Positions 35,743-50,205 of a stretch of DNA of 64,000 nucleotides are shown in pieces. The notes under the pieces are model-generated. The model was not told the DNA's origin, made no database searches, and was given only the letters and a program-made list of their open reading frames with translations. Source of the stretch: Cirrosporium novae-zelandiae (Eukaryota); NCBI GenBank assembly GCA_026023565.1, contig JAPETS010000005.1, positions 186,001 through 250,000 on the forward strand, written 5' to 3'. Positions within the stretch are counted from its first letter, which is position 1; each line of letters opens with the position of its first letter. The position numbers and the translations under genes are program-made.

Positions 35743-36540
35743 CTATCCACGAGGCCTGTGAAGCCATTCACCTTGTCGTTGAGACCAATCCAGCAATCTA
35801 CCCATTCCTTCCTCATTCGCCTGCTTTATTTCCTCTTCGTTCCACGATTCCTCTTTTTCCCTTTCCACATAACATGCTTGTAACCCACATTTCTTAGCGG
35901 CCTTCAAATATCCAAGATGTGCAGCAACCAGCATGCATCCTCCAAGCCGGAGACCCAAATTTTCGCAGCCCCGAGGTAGACTGTGGGGGAGGGCTTGTAA
36001 GCTTCGAAAGTTTCCGCGGAGAATATTTCGGAGAGTCATTCTCTGACAAATTTGTATTTCAGTAGCTCATCCAATAATGAAACGTTACCATTCGAAAGAT
36101 GTACAAAGGGAAAAGCAAGAACTGAGACAGAGGAGGCCTTGTTTAATGTCTGGTCAGATATTCAAACGCCCCCAGCTACGAGCGAGGTTGAATAGTTCAG
36201 TGTTACTCCATAAACCGTCATCTCGTCAGATCACATAATCTGGAAGAAGAGATGATAGGAAAAACTGGACTATGATTTAAAAATCCTTAGGTGATGTTTT
36301 TGACTGATAAGAGCGCGTGAATTTGTAATATTCGTCTCGCCACTGGTGAGCAAATTGAGCCTAATAGACGTCTGTCATCCATAAGAGTTTGGTTGATATG
36401 TTTTCATTCGATAATTCTCTTTTGGCTTCGGCCCCAGCTGTTCCGAGAGCATATTCAATGGGAGAGTGCTAGCCAACAACGGTTCCGAAGACGTCAAAGA
36501 GAAGAGCTTTGGGGGGGGGGAGGGAGGGGTTGGCAGGCAT
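35743..36540 (-). pseudogene. Haloacid dehalogenase (type II HAD) pseudogene
   Basis: MPANPSLPPPKALLFDVFGTVVG*..., Y*AQFAHQWRDEYYKFTRSY, SWGRLNI*PDIKQGL, LSNGNVSLL, CMLVAAHLGYLKAAKKCGLQACYVER. Three stops at Trp-like positions plus frameshifts. Confidence 0.85.
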
Positions 36541-37883
36541 ATTGACTTTGAAACTTGGGTGTGAAGGGCTGAACTCGTTAGCTAATTTTGCGATATCATA
36601 CAAATAATTATGACTCTTTCATCCACTCATGCACCCTATCAAGGAGACTGACTTACCCCAGGGGAAATGACTCGAGAGCAAGTGAGTCATAGGGAGATGG
36701 AAAGAATTTGGCTTTCTTCAAATGCAAAATGGATAAATGAAACCTAAATGTCCAACCCCGCATTTAATATTATGTGTATGGAATAACATTTCACCCCTCT
36801 TACATGCATCCTCCTAACTCCCTTGTTTCATTCCCAAAGTGAGGTGCTTCACCATATAATTCCTAACGTTGAAGGCTTCCTCGTCGCTCGAGTTCCTGAA
36901 TCCAAGCAATAGACACACCCTTCATTATTGAAACCAAGTAGCCATTCGAGCTCTGCTCCAGGGGAGAGACCAAATATGTACCAAGTCTAAGGAGTCAATA
37001 ACAATAATGACAAAATAGTGGTTTTTTGATTCTAGCAACAACTAGCTAGATGGTAGTTTTTTTATCTTCAGATGATATCAGATCCTAATTTTCCATCTCC
37101 TATCCTTTTTTCCATTTTCCCATGGATGGCCAATATCATATCGCAACGTCAAGCTATTGCATGGAAAACACCCTTCCTGTCCCTGATACATCTATCTCGG
37201 CAGAAATTCCTCTGGTTCAACTTTTAGTTTGGAACGAATCGCACCTTGAACACTTTACTAATTGACGCCCAGTTTCTCTTCCATATTCCGTCTAAGGTGC
37301 CGTCCACCAATAGCAAGGCAATTTTCTTCGAATGTCAGAGCAGAGCAAGTCAGCAATTGAATCTCCAAAAACTCCACAATATCGATGTTTCCTTTCTAGT
37401 CTTCCAAGCTCCAATAACGCCCCGCTGCCAGAGCCCGTAGGCTATAAATAGCACGCTGCAGAATAACTCAACTCCATCCCATGAAAATGTGATTCGGCTC
37501 AGGGAAATATCAACCAAGGACTGCCCTCGTCAATTATGTATGCCGAAAGTTCCCGCCACAAGAATCAAAGAAATGCCTCATAGTTCCGACCATAAGACTC
37601 AAAGACAATAGAGTAGGAAGCTAGGTTTCAGGAGTTTGGAAATGTGGAGCATTGATAAACTCCACCACCAATGTTCGCCATCCTAGATCCAAGTTCTAAA
37701 GAGTAAACCCAAACTAGTAAAAATGAGCAGTCGTATTAGGTCAGACACCAGGGAACCAATTCTTGATGGCCGTGCACGGAAGAAATTTGAATGCACTCAT
37801 CCACCTCTCTAGTAGTTATCATGAGAGAAATTCCAAAATTCATCCACGGTCATTATCGAGGCCTACCAGATCAGAGAGCAATA

Positions 37884-38667
37884 TCACAACATTACACACT
37901 TCCCGCGATGTTTCCGGTCGCGGTCGCGGTAGTGCCTCATGTTGTCGCGATCCCGATCGGAATCACCTGATCCTAACGCAGTTCCTCGTCGCTCATTTTG
38001 TCTGCTGAATTGTTGTCTCTGCTTTCTCAGTAGTCGTACGACATCATAGAAGGCCTTTTCCACGTGGATGCAATTCTTTGCCGAAGCTTCGACAAATTCG
38101 CAGCCCAAATCTTTTGCGAGTTGAAGCCCTTCTTGCGTAGAGACTTCTCGATCTGTCACTCGGTCATTTTTGTTCCCTACCAACATTACTGGAACAGGGC
38201 CGGAAATGCCTGGTGCCGTTGTTGGTGAGCTGAGATAACCGGCACTGGTGGGGGATCCAGTACTTGACGATTCTTTAACCCGATGTATTTGACCATGAAA
38301 TTTCTTGATACGTGTGAATGAGCTGCGAGAAGTGATGTCATAGACAAGCACAAAGCCCTCCCCGTCTCGTATCCATTGATCGCGTAGAGCAGTATATTCT
38401 TCCTGCCCAGCGGTATCCAACACCTCAAGCATGCATGCTTGTCCATCGATGACGACCTGCTTTCGATAAGAATCTTCAATAGTCGGATCGTACGTTTCGA
38501 CGAAATGGTTGAGACATAACTTGAAGATATATTAGCATTCTGATTGCCTAGAATGGAGGGGAATTAAAGTGGCAATATTAACAACGTACTTGGATTGTCA
38601 GCGCCGTCTTCCCAACTCCACCATCCCCGAGCACCACCAACTTGTATAATGTCATTTTTCCCGCCAT
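37884..38667 (-). CDS. RAS2: Ras-family GTPase, fungal Ras2/RasB type; intron 38520-38589
   Basis: [61 protein letters not shown], and CAAX box CVML. Confidence 0.97.
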
Positions 38668-39710
38668 TGTGGATAGATAGGAAGCTTTATGACGGAAGGC
38701 CGAGTGTCAAAACGTGGGATGCACCTAAAAGCTCCTCGAAATAATGAGGGTCTACGAGATAGAAGCCCCGTGGGTTTATGCAGCTATGCGCTGTCACAAG
38801 CAACACGGTGCAACACGGAACCAAGCTGAAATATTGTGTTCCTAATATTCGTAGCTTGAGGATTTATGTCGAATAAGCTTTCTAACCAAGTCAGATGTTT
38901 TTTCGACGAGTGCAAGAGGGGATTATCTCCTGCTTGTTGCCGCGTCTTCGTGTTTGAAGGGCGACTTGATGAAATATTGGTCGATTTAGATTGAGAACGA
39001 CTCCCCAAAACCGTTACCAAATCAATGGCTCGGTGAGAAAAGGAGCGCGGTGGATGACAAGACAACGGATTTTACCAAACAAGCGTACTTGCATGGAAAG
39101 TTTAAGGTATGGTGAAGTCCGCAGTACTAAGTAGTCGAGACTCAAGAGTCGTTCAGGGATGGTATTTTTTTCCTCTGTACTGTGTAGAGAATGGACTGGG
39201 GCGATAACTGTTAGTTTCCGACTGATCGGCAAAAGCTCATTTGCAAGTCTTCTTTTTCTTGTCTGACACCTTTTGGGGTCCTAAATCGACGTGTCGTAGT
39301 CGAATATAGTAAGGTGTCTCTGGTGTACATATGTTTTTTGTTGTGGTCGGCAGGTGGGTTTTTTTTTGGAGAGAGAATGGAGAATTGGGATTTCGGAGTT
39401 GTTGCAGTGAGGAAGGACACGGTGCTTGTCCTTGAGCGTTTTGCTGCGAGGGTTCGTTCGACTTAGGTTTGCCGACTGCAGCTTTCTGGCAGCGCCGGTG
39501 GGGGGACCCCAAAGGCCAGCCCAAATTGGGTAAACTACGAAAGGATGGATTGCGGGTAGTTATCACTTTGCCGGGAGAGTGATGGCGGCAGGCACGAGGA
39601 CGACCAATTTATATTTGGTAAAAACAGATATCTGCGGTGATTGTTGACGGTCGTGGGGGTTGGAGGATTGTCGGTCTTAGGGAAAAAAGAAGCAATGGGA
39701 GAGGATAGAT

Positions 39711-39740
39711 GGTTGGTTGGTTGGTTGGTTGGTTGGTTGG
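39711..39740 (+). repeat. (GGTT)n microsatellite upstream of ras2
   Basis: About 7.5 perfect GGTT units. Confidence 0.9.
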
Positions 39741-40119
39741 ATGGTGAACTGGTGAATTGGTGAATGAGGAGATATCGACTTCAATTCGACGGTGGTTACA
39801 ATGGGGGACAGTGGACGAGACAGACAAACAGGACCGTACAGTATAATACAAGAATTAAGTGGATAAACAAGTCTGTAGTCTGTTTTCTGGTAATGAGGTG
39901 ACGGAAGAGCCGAAAAGTCGATAGGCCCATGGGATTTTTTTTCTCTTCTCCCTTTAGGGCTTTGATGAGTCGGAGAGACGGGGGATTAATTGGCCATTAT
40001 TGGGATTCATTTTTACTTGTATTTTAGTTGTACTTTTGTATTTTGCCAAGACTAGAATTAATCAGGCTCTAGAGAGTTTTAGAAGGACTGTTTTTTTTCT
40101 TCTATGAGGCACCTAGTAG

Positions 40120-40195
40120 TCCTGTAATCCTGTAATCCTGTAATCTTGTAATCCTGTAATCTGGTAGTCTTGTAATCTGGTAATCCTGTAATCCT
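40120..40195 (+). repeat. 8-bp tandem repeat (CCTGTAAT consensus), about 9 units
   Basis: cctgtaat cctgtaat cctgtaat cttgtaat cctgtaat ctggtagt cttgtaat ctggtaat cctgtaat. Confidence 0.85.
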
Positions 40196-43100
40196 AGAAA
40201 ATCCCTTTCAGGAATCCCTCAAGAAGGAATCCTCAAAAGGCAAAAAAGATGCCCATAGAGTTTGGTACCAACTTACCAATCTTTCGTCGCCGGTCAACTT
40301 TTTATTAACACAAAAGGCTTGAAATCCCCCCTCCCCATATCAACTAAATATATTAACCTCGATAGAATGTAGACAGACTTTCTTCCTTCCAATACAATTC
40401 AATAAGTCTTATCCTCCTTAGGGTCTTCTTACTTGTACGTATTTATGGCGCTATCATACCCTATTTGATGCACCATGGTTAACTCTGCTATTCATCCGCT
40501 CTTCCTTCTAAAAGCCAGGACCTGCTCCCGAAGCACCTAAATCTCATCCTGGCGCCTCCGAATCATGATTCCCTGCTCTGATTCTCAATGAAGCTTTGTT
40601 TGAGCATTTAAAAAAGACCCAGAAACTTTACTCTACTAGGCCTTGCAGAACAGCCAAGCTACAACCCTCTGCCTAATTCCCTCCTATTATTTCATGTTAC
40701 TTCCTTTTGTAGCTTACATATCTTGCACCTTTTTTCTCACAGACTTCTCTGCCGGGCCTTCGATTCACTTTCGGCAGGCGTGAGTTAGAATGATTAGAAT
40801 AATTTGGAATTCTACATCATGTTGCACTTCTGACCTCCACTGGGCAAGCCATGTAGGTAGTTCAGGTATTGGCACGTTGGAACATGAAGTCTACTTCCTC
40901 CTGCTTCCTTCTTGGCACTGGGGTGCTTTTATCCTCCTAAAACTTCCCAGCCCACTCGCACCATAAAAGCCGTCGCATCGTTAACTTTTATCCGCTCGCC
41001 TTTCCTTTTTTGAACCATCTAAAAAAGACTTTGCACCCGACAGCCGACCACACCCAACATCCCTGATTGGAGCGAAAGACAAATGATACTACCCACGGTT
41101 GATAGTATCCCATGGCCTTTCTTTTTTTTAAATTTTTTTTTATCTAACACTGGCGGAATGGGAAGGTCGGACACATTTCTAAAACGTAACGTCATCCGTG
41201 ATACGTATCACAGATCTAGATATCGCACATGGTTCTTCGTCCATGTATCCTAGACGTTGTTGATATCTATCCGCCAAGTGCTTAACACCCAAAGCCGCGA
41301 GTTTGGTTTAAAACATGGCAATGGTACCAACTTCCTGGTTGCTAGTCAACCGAAAGCTAATAGAAAGTTCATGGTTGTAGTCTTACTTCAAGGGTCCAGA
41401 CTAAATGTCAGCATCATGGTTTCTTATATGATTTGAACATGTCCTGAGATAACTCGTTTCGAGATAATCTTAATTTTTACTCATGCCCTGGGTGCCTGGC
41501 GTCCTGGACACCCATCTGGAATTGGTATCCTCGACGAAGATCACCTTGAAACTGAACCTGCGGCGGGTTCCTAAAGTTTGTCATAGAAAGACGAAAACCC
41601 ACCTGGTTTCTTCTATCTTGGTTGATAAGATGCTGTTGCTTATTGGAGTTTGTGATGGCTCCGTCGTTTTTTATGTGTATCGTGACTCAACACATTCTGC
41701 GACTCCACTGTAGATGGGTCAGTCATTTGTTGACAGGATATACCTCGCACCAAATATAGTAGGTACAATATCGCATTGGAAGGGGGGGCTACCAAATCAA
41801 GGCATTCACGAGTAGAGGAGCGCACCAATAATATACAGTTGGCCGCGTTCAAGGACATCGGCCGGGAGTAACGGGCCCGACGACCTTCAGCGCCAACAAT
41901 GCTTTAGGGCTCAACAGCATGAAATGTTGTAAAGGCTCGGAGGATTTAAGTCTTTCAGGATTTTATTTTCATCAAATATAACATTCGGGGCAATTTGACA
42001 AAAGGACAACCTCGATGCATCGGGATTCCGGGTTATACATTCTGTCTGCATATAATTAATCAGGAGACGGGACGGATCGTTTTCGTCGCTCCATGGAAGA
42101 TTCAGTCGCAAAAACTGACTTGATATACTTGGACTTAGAATACAGGACTACGGATACTCGTGCATGAAGAATTGACTGTGGCGGCTACCTTAATTATCTT
42201 ATTCCTTCTGGAGTTTTCTGGAGTGTGTTGAAGATAGGCAATAAATAGGAACCAACAAATAAATGGGTTTTGGCCATAGAATTGATCCTATCGGACACGG
42301 AGATTAAACAGTGGCATCGCAAAACGTTAAAAGTGGCGACCTTATCATGGTTTGATGCAGAAAACGCCATATGCCTGGTGATCGATTGAACTTCCTGGTT
42401 GGGAAATGCTAGAAGGTGAGAAGGGGGATGGAAGGGGTGGAAGGATAAATGGAAGGGAAGTGGAAAGTGGAAGTGGAAAGTGGGAAAGACTAGGTACACG
42501 AAGATGGGTAACGGAATGGAGGTGGGGAGTTAAAATGTCGGGTGGCCAAGAGTAATTAAGAAAGACTAAAATGCACAGTACAAACTAAGGGGGGGGGGGG
42601 GGGATGGGAATGGGGGGACTAACTAGGGGCTAAGAAGCCTCATTGTCCGGAAGCCGGTTCAGCACACCAGCATGGACCCAAATCAAGGGGACACTCTTTG
42701 ACTTAAACCCCGCAAAAAAAAAGTCTACACACACAATACCAGCCAACGTGGTCCACTGGTCAGCTAAAAAAGAATTAACAACAACAGAAACGCAGTAATC
42801 TCTAGGCCCTTCCCCCCTCCTCTCCGCATATCTGGTTTTTTGTTTTTATTTTATTTCCCTTTTTCTTTTTCTTTGGTTGTTTGACCAGCATAAGGAAACA
42901 AGCTATCTAGTCTATCTATCTTCCCTCGGTCGGTACTTTGACTCGCTTCTTTCGCGCTTTAGAGAGAGAGGCTAGCCTAGGTAGGGGGAACTAATTAGTT
43001 TAATAACATCTTCGCTCTTTCTTCTTCGCGCGTCGGGAAGACCGTTTTTCCCAACCGCTAATACTTGCAGCGGAACACTGCATGAAGCTGTGATCATGTG

Positions 43101-43215
43101 AAAGCTCCAATCTGGTCCATACAAACAAAAATATTAATTGCTCCTTCAAGCTCCCCGTAACGCTTTGTCAAATTCTCTCCCATCACCTTTTCGCTCGCCT
43201 ATCAATAATCACTGA

Positions 43216-43281
43216 TACACATACGCGCACACACACATATGCATACAATACATGCATGCATACATACATACACACACATAC
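43216..43281 (+). repeat. Compound (CA)/(CATA)/(CATG) microsatellite
   Basis: Alternating purine-pyrimidine tract visible in sequence. Confidence 0.75.
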
Positions 43282-43977
43282 GTAAAATCCTTTAATATAT
43301 TCTTTAATAATTTCCGATATTAATGATTAGGCACAAGTTGATCTTTGTGATATCTGTTGTGTAACTCAAATGCATCCAGCTTTTACAACCCCCTTCTTCT
43401 CGCTCACTCCTTAAGGATGACATTCCTTTTTTGCGTGCGCGGCTCTAGCATTTTTTCAAGTTGTCAGCAGCTGATAGGAGGGTTAAATTTCCGCCAGTGC
43501 CGCCTAGTCCATGGAACCCGGTTTACCGCCAACGGGGGGAAGCCGGGTGATAGTACAGGTGGAAAGTACAAGGTACATCCAAGCGCAGCGTCGCATTGTC
43601 GGTCGGTGGGGAAACCTCGGGTATTACGCGATTACTATCCTGAGCATCAGAACAGATTCCCCTTCACTTTTTCACCTCCTTCTAATAAAACTGTACTTGC
43701 TGTTAGTTACTACCACACAGGCTTGCAACAATCAAGACCTTTCTGTCGGATGCCATAAATACCAGGCTGGGTTCAATTTCCCCCAAGAGCGCTAGTGATC
43801 GGTCACAATGGTGCCAATGTACTTCTTTCCCTTCCTTGGCACCAAACCGGCGGATCCAATTGACATCTAACAAATATTAAGCTAACCAAGAATAAAAACT
43901 TCAACCTTCTCTCTCAGCCTTGGCCATCGGTCCGATTTTTATCGTACATTCAAAATCCAAAATGCGATCATGCAGTC

Positions 43978-46903
43978 TCAGAGCTTAGGCTTCTCCTTCT
44001 TCTTCGTCTGTATCTCTCTCCCTCCCTGGTCGAGATATTCTTGAACCACTTGCTTCGCAGTCTCTACAACAGATCCGTCTTCTATCGTTGGTGGAAAATC
44101 AATTTTCTGCGTCTGGAGATCTCCCGTCACAGCGTGCTCCAACATCTGTTTCAGTACTCGTCTCAACGTCTTCCCAGACCTTGTCTTTGGGATAATCCCT
44201 TTCCCTTGAATCATGCCCCCCAAAGCTGCAATAGCACCTATTTGATCCCGGATGAGAGCTTGGACTTCAGCATAGAGCTCAGACGTGGGAATGTGAGGTA
44301 TTGGGTGTGGATGAGTAGAGAGTGTGACGAAAGCGAAAGGTAAATGACCCTTCAACTGGTCAGGTATCGGAACAACGCAGCTTTCCGCAACGGCTGGATG
44401 AGATGAGATGACTTGTTCGATGGCACCTGGAACGATTTCAAGTATAAGCAACCCTGAACTCTGGGGAATCATTATCCGCACCCCGAACAGCATCGTGGCA
44501 TAATTTTTCGCATGGGCATCCTTGAGAGCGGATGGTTCAAAAAACGCAGCTGTAGCCTGAACTCCCCGAGAAGGTTCTAGCAAATCATGTAGACCCCGAT
44601 CCAAATTTCCCTGACAATGAATGAGGCAAAAAAAAACTAGTGCAAAGCAAACTTACCTGTGCTAAATCGATGCGCCGCGACGTTAATGATATCATCAGAA
44701 CGAGACATAACATGGATATCTAGGGTATGTAAGTCTAACGACGTACAAGAGTTGGTACCACCAAACTTACATCCATCCTGGTCAATCATTCCAGCGTCGC
44801 CCGTATCCATCCAGCGCCCATTAAACCGTTTCAAATCTAAGCATTTGTTAATACAAGGTTCTCCGTCCGATCAATGAACACCTACATCCTCGATAGAATC
44901 GTTCATCATCTCCCCAAAGAGACGTGAAAGCCGTCGGCGCAAGAGGCATCCCCATAACGATATTTCCCATTGTTCCCCGTTTAACTTCATTTCCCTCGTC
45001 ATCCACAACCCGCACATCAAAACCTGGCATTGGCTTTCCTGCAGAGCCAGGTCGAATTGGTAGGGGCTCATCCCGGACCGAGCTGGAGTAATACTTCCCA
45101 GCAGCAGGTCTTAGCGCAATGCCTGATATTGGAGAGCCGGACTCCGATGACCACCAATTATCGACGACTCTTGCGCCATCTGCAGCGTACTTTGTCAGAA
45201 GCTGCTGGTAATTTGTGATAATGCTGGGCTCGCTCCGTTCTCCAGCTAAAAAAATAGCTCTGAATTGTTTCAATCCACCACGTTTCCCAACAGCGGAGAA
45301 GAACTCATTCTCAGAGTCATCCTTCTTAATTGCTCTCAGAGCTGTCGGCGCAGTAAACAAGACGTTAACCTTGTACTCCTCAATGATGCGCCAGAAAGTA
45401 CCAGCATTTGGTGTACCAACGGGCTTGCCTTCGAATAGAACGGTAGTCGCACCGACTAAGAGAGGCGCACTAGAGTTACGCATCAGCTCCACACAAGCCT
45501 ATATCAACAACCCAACCAGATAATTAGAATAGAATGAAAGGGGGGCAATACTAGACTATGTATGAATGTCCAACTACCCATCCGATATCGGAAGCGCAAA
45601 ACATTACATCTCCAGGGCCTTGGATGTTGAAGAGGTATTTTATTGATAGGGAAAGTCCCACAGCGTGACCGCCAGCTTGCCGCAGAACACCTTTGGGGAG
45701 CCCAGTAGTACCTGTCCGATGTTAGAATCAAGTACATTCAAATCCCAGAACCAATCGGCGGGAGAAAGATAGATCCAGCTAGTCAATGTGAAAGCCTGAC
45801 AAAACAGCATTCGGGAATCATAATGTTGCTCACGTCCTAGCAATCCACAACACCACCCCAACCATCAAAGAGTGGGTGCTGAAGTTTCCTCAGAGGCAAC
45901 TCTTCGCCCCTAAATTCTCTAGGAAGATACTGCCCGTAAGGACATAAACCCCATTACCAAACCCCGCAAACTCAAAAAAAAAAAAGGTCGAACATACCAC
46001 TCGTATAAATGATATAAATTCCATCCAAACTATCAACAGGTCTCGCATCGGCCTTAACCCCCCTACCCCTCGCACTCTTCATAAGCCTTTGCCAATTCCT
46101 CTCCCCGGCCTCCTTCCTCACCGGATCCCACCTTAGCTGATCCCGCTGCCAGACAATCGTCTTCTGCGGTTTGAAGCTACTGCGTTCGATGGCCTGCAGT
46201 ACAAGTGGCTGGTACGCCAGGGGGCCCTTAGACCCCTCGATTCCGCATGAGGCTGTCATGATGATTTTGGGTTCGCAGCCCTCAATGCGCTGGGCGAGGG
46301 ATTTTGGCGCAAAGCCTCCGAAGACGACAGCGTGGATGGCACCTAGACGGACGGTCGCCAGCATGGCGAAGACGGCGGCGGGGATCATGGGCACTGGGGC
46401 CGTTTTCCGATTAGCTCTAACAAAAGAAAAATACCCATATCGATCAATCAACACCAATCAACAAAGACGAAAAAGCCTCCAAAAAACTAGAGTAGAAAAA
46501 AACCCAGACACAAAAACATACTATAAATCAAAACTGTATCCCCTCTCCTAACCCCCTCCTCCCTCAGCACTCCCGCCAGCGTCTCCACTTCGTCCAATAA
46601 CCTCGCATAGCTAACAACCTCTTTCCCCCCTGTGACCGGTGAATCCCAAATCAGCGCAGTCTGATCCCCCCTTCCCAGATGTACATGGCGATCCACGCAG
46701 TTATACGCCGTGGAAATCTCTCCATCCACGAACCATTCCCAGTGCGGGTGCGTGACGCCGATGGGGAGGTGTTTGCGGGTGTTTTCGAGGATTTTGTACG
46801 GCTTTCGGTGCCAGTACACCTGGTCGCATTGGTGCGCCCAGAAGGATTCGGGATCGCTAAGTGAATTTGTGTGCGTAGTGTCTTGGGCGTGGGGGGTGGA
46901 CAT
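43978..46903 (-). CDS. Propionyl-CoA synthetase (PrpE/ACSS3-like acyl-CoA synthetase), 7 exons, C-terminal PKL
   Basis: WFVDGEISTAYNCVDRHV, IHAVVFGGF, YTSG-TTGLPKG (AMP-binding motif split by an intron), ASDIGWVVGHSY, DNWWSSESG, DTGDAG, RSDDIINVAAHRFSTG-AIE, PKTRSGK. Confidence 0.92.
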
Positions 46904-47625
46904 GGTAGATTTTCGGGGATTGGGATCAGGACTTATTTGTTCATTTGCCGGCTTGTCAATTGAGAAAGAAGGAAAGGAAGGGAGGAAAGAGAAAATATAT
47001 ATGTATGGAATTACAATCTGTATCACCCCAATGCAAGCCAGCGAATAGGCAAACAAGCGTAACTACAGATTGAGAAATACTTGGAGGTACAAGTACGTGG
47101 TAGAAATCGGAGGAAAGGAAAACGATCGTTCATGATAGCCTAGAGTGAGGTAACTACCTAGTTTAGAAGTGGAAGAACATTGGAAGATAGCTATTGCTGG
47201 GATATGCCAACCGATCGTTGAACCGGGTGCTTGTACTTGGGTGCTTGGTTGGGTTGGTTATCTTGAACCGAGGAGGAAGCTTTCCCCGCAATTTCTTTGT
47301 TTGGAGCCGGGGTCGAACCTTGGAGCCTTTGCCGCTAGTCCGTCTACCATGAAGTGATGGCACGCCCAAACATGGATTCATATTTATCTCTGGGTCATAA
47401 CTACTTGCCATACTTTTATTCATTCTTTGTAAAGGAGTCTAGCTACCAAATACTATTGTAAAGACCGGCTTCATCTGAGCAAGTGTTTCTCATAAATAAA
47501 CGACTTGCTTTCTTCTCTTTTCTCTACTCGATTTTCCCATTTTTCTTCAAAAACCCAGTCAGAGTCACCGGAGACCGAAGTCCGGGGAAGGCCATGTCCT
47601 TCTGGTTCCGAATTGTCGGCTTCCT

Positions 47626-50205
<2,580 letters not shown>

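Noticed and set aside
21408..36471. Reassigned genetic code (UAG as sense) suggested by several in-frame TAGs
   Set aside because: TAG is the normal terminator of NEDD8, GLO1, the sulfatase and the ccg-6-like gene, and the HAD copy also has frameshifts.
32351..40195. Short tandem repeats as CRISPR-like or telomeric arrays
   Set aside because: Units are 4-11 bp with no unique spacers and are not TTAGGG arrays; they are ordinary mini/microsatellites in a eukaryotic genome.
41483..42111. Short ORFs and protein-like minus-strand fragments
   Set aside because: They could not be joined into a gene or assigned to a family.
44428..45997. Long introns (about 230 and 286 nt) of the propionyl-CoA synthetase as hosts for a riboswitch, ribozyme or snoRNA
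   Set aside because: No TPP aptamer, hammerhead core, or C/D or H/ACA architecture recognised; only a short hairpin.
47290..47370. Minus-strand GGTTCGACCCC resembling a tRNA T-loop/B-box
   Set aside because: The T-stem and acceptor stem do not pair, and no cloverleaf can be drawn.
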